Part shown: piece by piece, positions 10,216-19,414 of the stretch | Position numbering within the stretch: position 1 is the stretch's first letter | How the letters are laid out: every line of letters begins with the position of its first letter | NCBI GenBank assembly: GCA_964502225.1 | Contig: CAZCUC010000002.1 | Coordinates: 9,092 to 73,091 of the forward strand | Length of the DNA stretch: 64,000 bases | Reading direction: 5' to 3' | DNA from: an uncultured Pseudomonadales bacterium | GTDB lineage: Bacteria > Patescibacteriota > Microgenomatia > UBA1400 > UBA12108 | Notes under the pieces: generated by a model | Told to the model about the DNA's origin: nothing | Databases searched by the model: none | What the model saw: only the letters and a program-made list of their open reading frames with translations | Position numbers and translations under genes: made by a program

Positions 10216-10227
10216 ATATAGTCATCA
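10204..10227. promoter_or_regulatory. Perfect 8-bp inverted repeat TGATGACT-N8-AGTCATCA spanning the ArsR-family start codon, candidate auto-operator
   Basis: Seen directly in the sequence. ArsR/SmtB regulators bind imperfect inverted repeats overlapping their own promoters. Confidence 0.3.
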
Positions 10228-10253
10228 TATTCTATTTTTTGAATATGTCAAAT

Positions 10254-10730
10254 TTAGGATAGGGTAGAGATATAGGCATCGAGAGCTTGAACAAAAAATC
10301 CACTGTCTGCGCCAAAGTCGAATGATTTAAGCTCCTCAGGTTTCACCCATTTATACTCAGTATGTTCGCTAGACAAGACTACCTCCCCCTCCTTCGCCAA
10401 GGCTTCGGAGGACATGCCTTCCCAATCTGTGCTGGCATAACAGGCACCAAAAACTGTATCTCCTTTAAAAAACCCTTCCCCCACCCCTATCCTGTTGGTA
10501 AAAAAGATGGGTCGGAGAGAATGAACGATCAAACCGGCTTCTTCCATAACCTCTCGCTTGATGGCATCGATGACGTCTTCTCCCTGCTCATATCCCCCAC
10601 CGGGCAAGTCCCAGTTGCCACCACGCGAGTGATCGTCCTGTGCTCTTTTGAGTGCCAAAATTTTTCCGTCTTTGCCCACCATGATACATTTTTGGATTAA
10701 ACGAACCTTGTTGAGGATTTTTGTTATCAT
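10254..10730 (-). CDS. NUDIX hydrolase
   Basis: Nudix box GGGYEQGEDVIDAIKREVMEEAGL. Confidence 0.8.
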   Translation of the reverse strand: MITKILNKVRLIQKCIMVGKDGKILALKRAQDDHSRGGNWDLPGGGYEQGEDVIDAIKREVMEEAGLIVHSLRPIFFTNRIGVGEGFFKGDTVFGACYASTDWEGMSSEALAKEGEVVLSSEHTEYKWVKPEELKSFDFGADSGFFVQALDAYISTLS

Positions 10731-10761
10731 AAATACATTTTAGCACTGAAGACATACTACG

Positions 10762-10785
10762 ATAATTCGAATTATCGTAGTAATA
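10762..10785. repeat. Perfect 24-bp palindrome CTACGATAATTCGAATTATCGTAG
   Basis: Lies between the half-MFS gene stop and the NUDIX start. No U-tract follows on the minus strand, so it is either an operator or a processing/terminator hairpin. Confidence 0.4.
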
Positions 10786-10799
10786 ACTCCCACCACTAT

Positions 10800-11351
10800 T
10801 TATAGTGCTCGACGAGGGAGTAAATAGGTAAATATGGCACAGGCTATAGCGACTACTCCCATAAAATAGAACATAGGGTTAAACCCGTACCAAGTAACTA
10901 TAAAGCCTCCAATTAAGGTGGCCAATGAGGCGAGCAAATTGGAAATAGTTTTCCAGACAGCATAATCACGAATATGACTTGACCGGTCAAGATGTTCTGC
11001 CATGATGGCATCAAACCCAGTACTACCAACTGCTTCGCCGAGTCCAATGATGATTTGCAGAAGAATAATAGTTGGTAGACTGTGAGCGTAGATAAAACCT
11101 ATCCAAGCAATCGCTCTAAATACAAAGCCGACTATTAGAAAGTACTCGTGCTCCTTGACGCGATCACCGTAGCGGATCAAGAAAAAATTGACTAGTGTGG
11201 TGGTGAGGAGCATGACGCTCCAGGTCCCACTGACGACCGCAATGCTCCCACCCAATCCTTCGATGAAAACTGCGTATAGTGGACCCAAAAGATTGCCAGC
11301 TAGAACAAAAATACTATTGACCGCGAGGAGGATTTTGAGAGATTTATTCAT
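10800..11351 (-). CDS. Half-size MFS-like membrane protein (six TM, N-terminal MFS half only)
   Basis: Six TM helices. The loop 2-3 motif LIRYGDRVKEHEY resembles MFS motif A. Only 183 aa. Confidence 0.45.
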   Translation of the reverse strand: MNKSLKILLAVNSIFVLAGNLLGPLYAVFIEGLGGSIAVVSGTWSVMLLTTTLVNFFLIRYGDRVKEHEYFLIVGFVFRAIAWIGFIYAHSLPTIILLQIIIGLGEAVGSTGFDAIMAEHLDRSSHIRDYAVWKTISNLLASLATLIGGFIVTWYGFNPMFYFMGVVAIACAIFTYLLPRRAL

Positions 11352-11363
11352 GATTGTAAAACT

Positions 11364-12020
11364 CTAAATATTCGAGGAATTAGAGTTATTATTTTTTACG
11401 TCGATTATTTTGAATGAGTCGTCTTTGACTTCAACGTATTGAGTATCGGTGAGCATAATATATGGATAGTTTTCGTTATAACTGTTTGGAATTTTATATT
11501 CAAAACAATAATCTTTCTTTTTTACATCACCCCAATGAGGCATAACAACAAAATTGACTAGATTCAGCCCTTTCGTGCTCGCTAAATTGTACATATCAGC
11601 AGACTTACCAGGCCTATTAACAGATGATGTGTCGGGACCAGCAAGAATAGAGCCTGCACTAGTTCCTATATAAATTAATCCTTCCTCTACCTTTCTTTTA
11701 ACAAACTCAATGAAATTATTCTTTTGAGCTTCTTGCTGTAAGTAAAAAGGATTACCACCTTCAATGTACATAATGTCGTATTTATCCAAATCTAAAACTA
11801 TTTGCTCGGCCGACTTGCCCGCAATATCGTACATGTCAAAAACAAAGCCTGATTCCTCCATTTTTGACTTGTTCAGTTTGTGCCAATCAAGATTTGAATG
11901 TACTTGATCACGAATAGTCGTGTCGATAAATACGGCTTTCAGCTTAACCTCATCCCCAAGTGTTTCGGCGATCTTATCGGCAACGTGCTGTACCTGTGAA
12001 GTCAAAAAAAGTCTTTTCAT
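11364..12020 (-). CDS. Peptidase S51 (dipeptidase E-like), paralog 2
   Basis: IEGGNPFYLQ and YIGTSAGSILAGPD motifs. Confidence 0.7.
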   Translation of the reverse strand: MKRLFLTSQVQHVADKIAETLGDEVKLKAVFIDTTIRDQVHSNLDWHKLNKSKMEESGFVFDMYDIAGKSAEQIVLDLDKYDIMYIEGGNPFYLQQEAQKNNFIEFVKRKVEEGLIYIGTSAGSILAGPDTSSVNRPGKSADMYNLASTKGLNLVNFVVMPHWGDVKKKDYCFEYKIPNSYNENYPYIMLTDTQYVEVKDDSFKIIDVKNNNSNSSNI

Positions 12021-12661
12021 TTCTCTCTCCTGACATCGACAATTTTAAATTGGATGCCTACTACCTCAACATATTGGTCGTTGTTTAGAGTGATCAGTGG
12101 AGTCCTCTCTTTATACATCGGCTCAAGATTATTTGTGAGATATGATTTTTTGAAAATATCACTACCCCAATGTGGAAGTACACAGAAATTCACTAAGTTG
12201 TAGCCAGCATACCCATTCAATTCAGGGGCAAGCCTGACATCGTCGATACCTAAAATTGGTTCTAAATCTGGCCCTGCGATAACTGACCCTGCACTACTAC
12301 CGATGTAAGGTAGTCCATTTTCTACTTTTTCCTGGATGATTTTGATAAAGCCTGTTTTTTGAGATTCTTGGAGTAAGTAAAAGGTGTTTCCTCCTGACAT
12401 AAAAATAACGTCTATAGAGGCTAAAGCATCACTTAGCTGCTTTTCAGATTTACCACTGACTGAAAATTCAATAACATCAAATCCTGCACTCCTGAGTCCA
12501 TTCATATCATCTTCATACCATGAGAGATCTTGTCGCACCTTGTCTTCTGTGGCAGTTTTTATGCATAGTGTTTTAAGTGGAGAAGACTTTCCGATTTTCT
12601 TAAATATATCCTGGGTGACTGTGCGATTTTCAATACTGCTGGCCAGGAAAAGATGCTTCAT
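12017..12661 (-). CDS. Peptidase S51 (dipeptidase E-like), paralog 3, in tandem with and 4-nt overlapping paralog 2
   Basis: MSGGNTFYLL and YIGSSAGSVIAGPD motifs. Confidence 0.7.
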   Translation of the reverse strand: MKHLFLASSIENRTVTQDIFKKIGKSSPLKTLCIKTATEDKVRQDLSWYEDDMNGLRSAGFDVIEFSVSGKSEKQLSDALASIDVIFMSGGNTFYLLQESQKTGFIKIIQEKVENGLPYIGSSAGSVIAGPDLEPILGIDDVRLAPELNGYAGYNLVNFCVLPHWGSDIFKKSYLTNNLEPMYKERTPLITLNNDQYVEVVGIQFKIVDVRREK

Positions 12662-12972
12662 TTATCCTTTTTTTCCTTGGGTTTGTCGATTTTATCCAAG
12701 CCTAAACCATGAACACCAAAATAAACAACGGCGGCGATGACGGCAAAATCGATTAGGACCGAAACAAAGTGGCCCCACATGACTTGCTTGCCGGCGAGCC
12801 AAAAGGAAGCGTCGGCTAAATTGGCGGTAAAACCAAGCAGGATGCCAACAAGTGGATTGACGATGTCGGTCACGAGAGAGGAGACCACTTTGGAGATGGC
12901 GCCACCCAAGATAAACCCAACTGCCAACCCCATTACTCCCTGCTCGCGAATAAAGTTTAAGAAGCCTTTCAT
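12658..12972 (-). CDS. mscL: Large-conductance mechanosensitive channel MscL
   Basis: MKGFLNFIREQGVMGLAVGFILGGA N-terminus, two TM helices, about 100 aa. Confidence 0.85.
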   Translation of the reverse strand: MKGFLNFIREQGVMGLAVGFILGGAISKVVSSLVTDIVNPLVGILLGFTANLADASFWLAGKQVMWGHFVSVLIDFAVIAAVVYFGVHGLGLDKIDKPKEKKDK

Positions 12973-12990
12973 GACATGATCTTAGCACTA

Positions 12991-13022
12991 TTGACACATA
13001 AAGGCTAAATATGTGCTATACT
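12991..13022 (+). promoter_or_regulatory. Candidate sigma70-type promoter: TTGACA and extended -10 TGcTATACT
   Basis: TTGACA at 12991..12996 and TGnTATACT at 13014..13022. Spacer is long (20 nt), so mainly extended-10 driven. About 100-nt 5'UTR before the RRM gene. Confidence 0.3.
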
Positions 13023-13125
13023 ACGACCTAGTTATTTATGTGTACATGCTTTTCCCAACGATAGTGAATTTTTTCCTGTTTGTTTGAGTGATCAGTGATG
13101 GCACGCGTTTATGGAGGTGCCGCAC

Positions 13126-13491
13126 ATGGCAACCAAATTATTTGTCGGAAGTTTAGCCTGGGCTACAACTGACGATTCATTATCAGCTTTATTCTCCCAG
13201 GTAGGTACTGTCGTCAGTGCTCGCGTCATCACTGACCGTGCAACTGGTCGCTCCAAAGGCTTCGGCTTTGTGGAGATGAGTACAGAAGAAGAAGCCCAAA
13301 AGGCTGTCGCTGAGCTCAACGGCAAAGACCTAGATGGTCGCACAATCGTTGTCAACGAAGCACGCCCAATGGAACCTCGCGACAACAGTCGTGGTGGTGG
13401 ATTTGGCGGAGGCCGCCCACAAGGTGGTTCTTCTTATGGTGGTGGCCGCGACAATCGTGGTGGCTCCTCATATGGCCGTTCCAGTTACTAA
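13126..13491 (+). CDS. RRM-type RNA-binding protein with Gly/Arg-rich C-terminal tail
   Basis: RNP-2 LFVGSL and RNP-1 KGFGFVEM motifs. Tail GGGFGGGRPQGGSSYGGGRDNRGG. Confidence 0.8.
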   Translation: MATKLFVGSLAWATTDDSLSALFSQVGTVVSARVITDRATGRSKGFGFVEMSTEEEAQKAVAELNGKDLDGRTIVVNEARPMEPRDNSRGGGFGGGRPQGGSSYGGGRDNRGGSSYGRSSY

Positions 13492-13530
13492 TTTTAGATT
13501 TAAGTTATTAGATTTAAGATATAAGAAAAA

Positions 13531-13553
13531 CCCCGTCGCAAGGCGGGGTTTTT
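13531..13553. terminator. Bidirectional Rho-independent terminator
   Basis: CCCCG-tcgcaagg-CGGGG stem followed by TTTTT and preceded by AAAAA. Sits between the convergent RRM and NRAMP genes. Confidence 0.7.
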
Positions 13554-13564
13554 GCTGGGAGAAG

Positions 13565-14842
13565 CTATACGAATAGAAGCATATAGACGGTACCAAGTGC
13601 GGCACCCGCCATAACTATGAAAGTAACCCAAATTAGGGTGCGGGAGAAAATACCACTTTTGTATTTGCCCATGATCGCTTTGTCGCTACTGATTTTGGCG
13701 ATCAAGTAAATAAGTGGTACTGCCACAAACCCATTAATTACTCCCGCATAGACTAGAGCTTTAATGGGGTCTATACCTATATAGTTAATCCCCAGGCCGA
13801 CTAAAGTAGCAATTGTCATGGTCAAGTAAAAGCCGTGAGCTTGTTTAAACTTGAGATTGAGCCCATCACGAAAACCTACTGCTTCAGAGACTGCGTAGGC
13901 GGCTGATCCGGCAAGAACGGGAATAGCCAAGAGACCCAAGCCAACTACGCCCGTCGTAAAGATAAGTTTGGCGAGGTATCCAGCGTTGGGGAAACCGGCA
14001 ACAAGTGGCTCTAGAGCGGCGGCGGCATCAGCGGCAGTTTGGATATCAACGATCCCATGTGAGTGCAAGACAGTAGCGGCCACAATAATGATCGACCAAG
14101 TACCTAGCTCGGCAAAAATCATGCCGAAAATAGTATCAAAGCGAATGTTTTTGACAAACCTGGCAGTCAAGTGCGGGATGCCATATTTAATCATTTTTTG
14201 TGATCGCTCCTCCTCTACTTCCTCGGATGCCTGCCAGAAGAATAAGTATGGTGAAATGGTGGTACCCAAAATCCCTGTAAACAACAGAAAAAATGGTAGC
14301 GTAAACTCAAAATGTGGGGTGATGCTAGCGGGGAGAATGGTTGACCAGGGAGCATTGATGATAAAAAGTGTTAGTGGGTATGCGAGGAGCGAGAGAGCGA
14401 GCCATTTAAGGATTTTGGAATAGACGCGATAGGATGTAAAAATCTCCAGTAACAGGATTGAAATAGTGATAACAACGGTAAGTGGCATAAAGGGAAAAGG
14501 AGTAACGAGCTGGAGTGCAGAGGCCATGGCACCAATGTCCGCCCCGATATTGATGGTGTTGGCGATAAGGACCGCAAAAACCATAACAACTAGAATACGC
14601 TTGGAGTAATGACGCTTGACTGCGCCCGAGATCCCACGTCCTGTAACCGCTCCAATCCTGGCGCAGGCCTCCTGAACTGAGATTAGAAAAGGCAACATGT
14701 ATAGAGCGGTCCAGAGCTGAGTAAAACCAAACTGGGCTCCTGACTGACTATAGGTAGCAATCCCAGATGGGTCGTCGTCGGCAGAGCCACTAATTATCCC
14801 AGGGCCGACTGTTTTGAGAAACTTCTTTATATTCTTTAACAT
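13565..14842 (-). CDS. mntH: NRAMP-family divalent metal (Mn2+/Fe2+) transporter
   Basis: GPGIISGSADDDPSGIATYSQSGAQFGF consensus region, about 11 TM helices. Confidence 0.85.
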   Translation of the reverse strand: MLKNIKKFLKTVGPGIISGSADDDPSGIATYSQSGAQFGFTQLWTALYMLPFLISVQEACARIGAVTGRGISGAVKRHYSKRILVVMVFAVLIANTINIGADIGAMASALQLVTPFPFMPLTVVITISILLLEIFTSYRVYSKILKWLALSLLAYPLTLFIINAPWSTILPASITPHFEFTLPFFLLFTGILGTTISPYLFFWQASEEVEEERSQKMIKYGIPHLTARFVKNIRFDTIFGMIFAELGTWSIIIVAATVLHSHGIVDIQTAADAAAALEPLVAGFPNAGYLAKLIFTTGVVGLGLLAIPVLAGSAAYAVSEAVGFRDGLNLKFKQAHGFYLTMTIATLVGLGINYIGIDPIKALVYAGVINGFVAVPLIYLIAKISSDKAIMGKYKSGIFSRTLIWVTFIVMAGAALGTVYMLLFV

Positions 14843-14879
14843 GTTTCCATTGTGCTACAAAATAGACTATATTGTAAGC

Positions 14880-15440
14880 ATGACCAACTCACCAAAATAT
14901 AGAATCGATGTTTTGATCAGTGAAGAAGAGATTGGGATGATCGTAGCTGGGTTGGCAAAGCAAATATATCGCGATTTCCAGTCTGAAGAAGTTGTGCTCG
15001 TAGGAGTGCTGGATGGATCGTTCGCTTTCTTAAATGATTTATCTAGAGAGCTACATAAGTTGGGTATGAAAAATCTGATTATTGATTTTATGGGGATGGA
15101 TACCTATGGTGACTCTGAGCAGTCTTCGGGAGAACCAAAAATTACTAAAGATTTAAAGCATGATATCCGCAACAAAAATGTCATTGTGGTCGAAGACATT
15201 GTAGATACTGGCTTTAGTCTGTCGATACTTCAAGCGATGCTAAAGGCTAGGCAACCGAGCAAATTGGTCTCGGTAGCAATGCTATCAAAAGATGAGCGGA
15301 GGGAGGTCGAAGTCACGGTCGATTATATCGGTAAGCATATCCCCAACAAGTTTGTGATCGGATATGGGATGGATTACGATGGCAAGTATCACCGCGAACT
15401 CCCATACATAGGCACTGTTAGTTTTGAAGAAACGAATTGA
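14880..15440 (+). CDS. hpt: Hypoxanthine(-guanine) phosphoribosyltransferase
   Basis: PRPP-binding motif VIVVEDIVDTGFSL. Size fits from Met MTNSPKY. Confidence 0.8.
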   Translation: MTNSPKYRIDVLISEEEIGMIVAGLAKQIYRDFQSEEVVLVGVLDGSFAFLNDLSRELHKLGMKNLIIDFMGMDTYGDSEQSSGEPKITKDLKHDIRNKNVIVVEDIVDTGFSLSILQAMLKARQPSKLVSVAMLSKDERREVEVTVDYIGKHIPNKFVIGYGMDYDGKYHRELPYIGTVSFEETN

Positions 15441-15993
15441 TATTTTCGATATCTTGGTCGTGTTTGGTGAGGACTGCGTCGCTCTTGCGTTTACGGAGGA
15501 TATCGGCCAAGTGGGCTGATTGATCCTGGACCTCGACCTCAAGATCACCCAGTTTACCTGCAACTGGTCCAGGGAAGTCTATGGGTGAGTTGGTTATGAT
15601 ATTACCATCTAGCTTGACCACTTTGTTGAGATTGACGTATGGATCTTCGGCTGTTTGGACGTAGTAAAAATTACCATGAAAAATAGTACTCTTTACTTTG
15701 ATATCTATCAAAAACTCTTCGTCTTTGGCGATGATCTCAATATTGTTTATTTCGCTCTTGAGATGATCCGACACTTTGGCTAGTGCTTGAGCGCGCGGCT
15801 TGAGACCATAAACCACGAGATCAATATCGCCATGATTTCGCGTAATAGTTTGCAAGTAGCCGTCTAGTCCGTAGCCACCATAGACTACGAGACGCCATCC
15901 CTCTGCCTGACACCATACATGAAACGCCTCGATAAATTTTAGGTGGTTTTTAAGCTTGATTTGATCAATATTTGATTTAATAATCATTTTCAT
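15418..15993 (-). CDS. ANT(2'')/Lnu-like nucleotidyltransferase
   Basis: VVYGGYGLDGYLQ...RNHGDIDLVV resembles the GGWA(I/V)D...HDDIDL core of aminoglycoside/lincosamide nucleotidyltransferases. Confidence 0.5.
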   Translation of the reverse strand: MKMIIKSNIDQIKLKNHLKFIEAFHVWCQAEGWRLVVYGGYGLDGYLQTITRNHGDIDLVVYGLKPRAQALAKVSDHLKSEINNIEIIAKDEEFLIDIKVKSTIFHGNFYYVQTAEDPYVNLNKVVKLDGNIITNSPIDFPGPVAGKLGDLEVEVQDQSAHLADILRKRKSDAVLTKHDQDIENINSFLQN

Positions 15994-16817
15994 TTTGTTA
16001 TCTTCTTGTAATTCTTCTCTGAAATAATCGGTCTACCTAGTTTTTGCTCAATCTTCACCCTCGCTTCGCCGGCGATACTACCACCGATATTAGCGTCTTG
16101 CGCGAGTTTCTTTAATCCTTGTGAATCTTCGTTTTTGTGAATCTCGGTGGTGGTTTTTTCTCCCAGCATGGTGAAGATGAGTTCAAAGTCGTTCATGTGG
16201 TCACGAAGGTTTTCTCGCTTTAGCCCTTTTAGTTTTTTATAACTGCTTGGTGTTAGACCAAACGTGGCCTTACTGATTTCAGCAGTTAAAATCTCATAAT
16301 CCCGGCGTTCTCTAGCTCCCCTCATTTGCCACTCTTCTGTTAACTCTTCGCGAATAGCAATACCTCTCATCCTCTTTTCGATCCAGTCGTCGGGGTAACC
16401 CTTGGCTCTATAGAGCATGCGAGTACGCTTTGTGGCTAGCTCGGGATCCTCAATTTCCTGGATCCGATCATAGCCGACTTTGGCGAGCCAGCGTTTGAGT
16501 GGTTCTGCCTTGGGGGATGGGATGGACTGAACAATGCGGAAAATACCCTCAGTATTTGCACAATCAGTTAAATACTTTTTACCATCACTTGATTCCAATT
16601 TCAGTTGTCGACAAATTGTCGATAACTGAAACCCATCCTCACTTTTTACTCTCATTTTCATTCGGTACCAATAATCTTTGGAATCTTCACTTTCTGTTAA
16701 GACAGAAATAATATCCACCACCGAAAACCACCACTGCCCATTTTGAAGAACCCTACGGATCTGTTTGTGCTTGAATAATACTATTTTCGTTGGTTCCATA
16801 GTTATAGTATTAACCAA
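15990..16817 (-). CDS. Bro-N domain protein, DNA-damage-inducible protein D (DinD)-like
   Basis: N-terminal Bro-N-like IRRVLQNGQWWFSVVDIISVL. The C-terminus (KGLKRENLRDHMNDFELI...GEARVKIEQKLG) parallels E. coli DinD. Confidence 0.55.
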   Translation of the reverse strand: MVNTITMEPTKIVLFKHKQIRRVLQNGQWWFSVVDIISVLTESEDSKDYWYRMKMRVKSEDGFQLSTICRQLKLESSDGKKYLTDCANTEGIFRIVQSIPSPKAEPLKRWLAKVGYDRIQEIEDPELATKRTRMLYRAKGYPDDWIEKRMRGIAIREELTEEWQMRGARERRDYEILTAEISKATFGLTPSSYKKLKGLKRENLRDHMNDFELIFTMLGEKTTTEIHKNEDSQGLKKLAQDANIGGSIAGEARVKIEQKLGRPIISEKNYKKITK

Positions 16818-16830
16818 ATACTACCCGAAG

Positions 16831-17391
16831 TCAACTATATTTTTTGATTACCTCTAAAATCTCTGGGAAGGTCTTGTTGAGCGGGTTTTGATCGGTCATG
16901 TAGTGGCCACGATCGGATAATTCATAATATTCGCTGTCCAACTGCTCATGAATCAGGTGAGGAACGGCGATCGGGATATAGGGATCATCGGTCGAGGCAA
17001 ACTGGACTATCCAACCTGCGTTGGCTTTGATTTTGTCCCACTGCCAAGGAGAGTCGTAGTAACCACTATCTTTCTCATCTTCAAATCCTAAGTCTGTATG
17101 CATCACCCCAATGATAATGACACCTCGTAGTTTGTGAGTTTCGAGATATCGAAGCGCCGCCACACCACCTGATGAATGACCAATGATAATTGCGTTTGCG
17201 TCGGCTTTAACAGTATTTTCGATATGCGGGAGCCAAATATTTGCGTGAGCGGCCACGGGATCGGGCATGTCCTCGGCTATTACTTCGTATCCCCTACCCC
17301 TGAGCTCATCACGCACCCACGCATACCAATGATCGGTTGCAATATGCGATCCGCCATTGCCGGGAATGATAATAATTTTTGGTTTAGTCAT
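16831..17391 (-). CDS. YdeN/RBBP9-family serine hydrolase (alpha/beta fold)
   Basis: IIIPGNGGS N-terminus and GHSSGG nucleophile elbow, about 185 aa. Confidence 0.65.
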   Translation of the reverse strand: MTKPKIIIIPGNGGSHIATDHWYAWVRDELRGRGYEVIAEDMPDPVAAHANIWLPHIENTVKADANAIIIGHSSGGVAALRYLETHKLRGVIIIGVMHTDLGFEDEKDSGYYDSPWQWDKIKANAGWIVQFASTDDPYIPIAVPHLIHEQLDSEYYELSDRGHYMTDQNPLNKTFPEILEVIKKYS

Positions 17392-17392
17392 G

Positions 17393-18763
17393 TTATTTCT
17401 CCTGAGCTATGACTTTTACCTGTGTCACGTCCTCAAAGCCATACTTGCCGTGCTCACGACCTAGACCAGATTGCTTGTAACCACCAAATGGATCGTACGG
17501 CTTGATATAGCTCAAGTTGTTTTGACTGACCATGCCAGATTGTAACTGGGCAGATACCCTAGACATCAGTTCTTTGTCTGTCGTAAAGACAAAGGCTCCA
17601 AGTCCATACTTGGTATCGTTGGCGAGCTCGATGGCTTCCTGTACAGTCTCAAAGCTGACAACGGGCAGAACTGGACCAAAGACTTCTTCTGTCCAAACCT
17701 TCATATCTTTGGTGACACCAGTAAGGAGCGTTGGCTCGTAATATGCCCCGTCGAATCCTGTCGGTCGTTTACCTCCAGTTAAAATAGTTGCACCTTTAGC
17801 GCGAGCGTCTTCTACTTGGATTTCAAGTGCTTGGACTTGGCGCTCTGCAACAAGTGGTCCGAGCTCGGTTGCTGGATCTATAGCCTGACCTATTTGTTTA
17901 GCATTAATTTTTTCGGTTAATAGCTTGATGACTTCGTCATAGCGAGACTTGTGGACGATGAGGCGTTTGAGCCCATCACACATTTGACCGCAACCCATAA
18001 AGCGGTTGCCATATATCGTATCGATTACTCCGGTAAGATCAACATCTTCAAAGATAATTCCAGGGGCTGATCCACCCATTTCCATGACGGCCGGGATGAA
18101 CTTTTCGGCGGCCACGGTGTACAAATACTTACCAGTTTTTGTACTACCAGTAAAACACAACATATCAATATCTGCATGGGCTAATTGATCACCGACTTTG
18201 CCGTCGCCATACACAAAACTCAGTACTCCGGCGGGTATTTTGGCTTCAACTGCAAGCTCTTCCAGTTTTTTCTCAAATAGAGGTACTTCTTCTGAGTGCT
18301 TGAGGATAACCACGTTCCCGGCGACGAGGCTTTGACCACATTGCCAGACGAAATTGGCGAGCGGATAATTCCAGGGAATGATGGAAGCGACCAAGCCACG
18401 AGGCTCCCTATACACCCGGTGAATCTCTTTATCGTTTTCAAAAGTGGTATAGGGAGAGAGATGTTCGATCGCGTGATCACTGTACCAGCGCAAATAATCA
18501 ATACTACCCTCGATGTCCCCTACCGCCTCACTAATTATCATACCCATTTCAGTAGACTGTAGCTCTGCCAGTTCTTGTTTATTTTTTTCGAGTAAATCAT
18601 AAAAATTGCGCAAGATTTTATTGCGACCTTCTATGCCTAGCTCTCGCCAGGATTGTTGTGCTTTGCGTGCAGATTTTACTTTGGCATCGATTTCTTCTTT
18701 TGTAGACATCTCTACCTCACCAAGTACTGCATTGGTTGAAGGATTAATTGATACTAGTTTCAT
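17393..18763 (-). CDS. NAD(P)-dependent aldehyde dehydrogenase
   Basis: FTGSTKTGK, EMGGSAPGIIFED (Glu active-site region) and FMGCGQMCDG (catalytic Cys) motifs. Confidence 0.85.
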   Translation of the reverse strand: MKLVSINPSTNAVLGEVEMSTKEEIDAKVKSARKAQQSWRELGIEGRNKILRNFYDLLEKNKQELAELQSTEMGMIISEAVGDIEGSIDYLRWYSDHAIEHLSPYTTFENDKEIHRVYREPRGLVASIIPWNYPLANFVWQCGQSLVAGNVVILKHSEEVPLFEKKLEELAVEAKIPAGVLSFVYGDGKVGDQLAHADIDMLCFTGSTKTGKYLYTVAAEKFIPAVMEMGGSAPGIIFEDVDLTGVIDTIYGNRFMGCGQMCDGLKRLIVHKSRYDEVIKLLTEKINAKQIGQAIDPATELGPLVAERQVQALEIQVEDARAKGATILTGGKRPTGFDGAYYEPTLLTGVTKDMKVWTEEVFGPVLPVVSFETVQEAIELANDTKYGLGAFVFTTDKELMSRVSAQLQSGMVSQNNLSYIKPYDPFGGYKQSGLGREHGKYGFEDVTQVKVIAQEK

Positions 18764-19413
18764 AACACCTCCTTGATAAATTGAGCTAGAGCGCGACCGA
18801 GTAAACGATTATTTTCGGCGTCCAAGTGGATTCCATCAACCTGCGAGACAGTCACAACTTTCGAGGCATCGAAAGTGAGTACCTTGTTGTCATCGGCTAG
18901 TTGTTTGATCAGTTTTTGCATTGACAAAATTTTTTCTCCACTCCCGCTAAAGATATTTTTAAATGCTTTGTCGGAGGCAGGCTCGTCGATAGCTGGCGGA
19001 ATCACGAGAGCGATCCGAGGCTTGGGAAAGCCGAGGTGTTTGGCCCACCAAGACACACCACGAATATATTTGATAAGCGGGGAGATTAATTCTTCGGGCG
19101 AAGATTTGCGCGAGCTATTTACATCGTTGGTGCCAAGGAAGATGATGACAAGATCGAGTGGCAAATGGCTACCGATAATGCCGTCAAATTGCGTTAGTCC
19201 ATCGCGATGTGGGAAGAAGCCGTTTTCACCAGAAATAGTACGACCGCGTAACCCCTCTTCGATAATTTCATATTCACTACCTAAATAACTTTGGGTAACT
19301 CCCGTGAAACGGGTGGCAGGATCAAAGCGAAGGCCGCCGGGGATCTTGCCAAATGTATAGGAATCACCGTAGATGAGGATGCGTTTGGCTGAGACGTTGG
19401 TATTCATGGCCAA
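18760..19413 (-). CDS. SGNH/GDSL hydrolase (arylesterase-like)
   Basis: ILIYGDSYTFG block I and LGTNDV block III. Confidence 0.8.
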   Translation of the reverse strand: MAMNTNVSAKRILIYGDSYTFGKIPGGLRFDPATRFTGVTQSYLGSEYEIIEEGLRGRTISGENGFFPHRDGLTQFDGIIGSHLPLDLVIIFLGTNDVNSSRKSSPEELISPLIKYIRGVSWWAKHLGFPKPRIALVIPPAIDEPASDKAFKNIFSGSGEKILSMQKLIKQLADDNKVLTFDASKVVTVSQVDGIHLDAENNRLLGRALAQFIKEVL

Positions 19414-19414
19414 A

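Noticed and set aside
12692-12997. 101-aa minus-strand ORF and 80-aa plus-strand ORF at 12737..12979
   Set aside because: Alternative frames over mscL. The MscL frame has the canonical N-terminus.
13968-14423. 151-aa plus-strand ORF
   Set aside because: Antisense to the NRAMP transporter gene.
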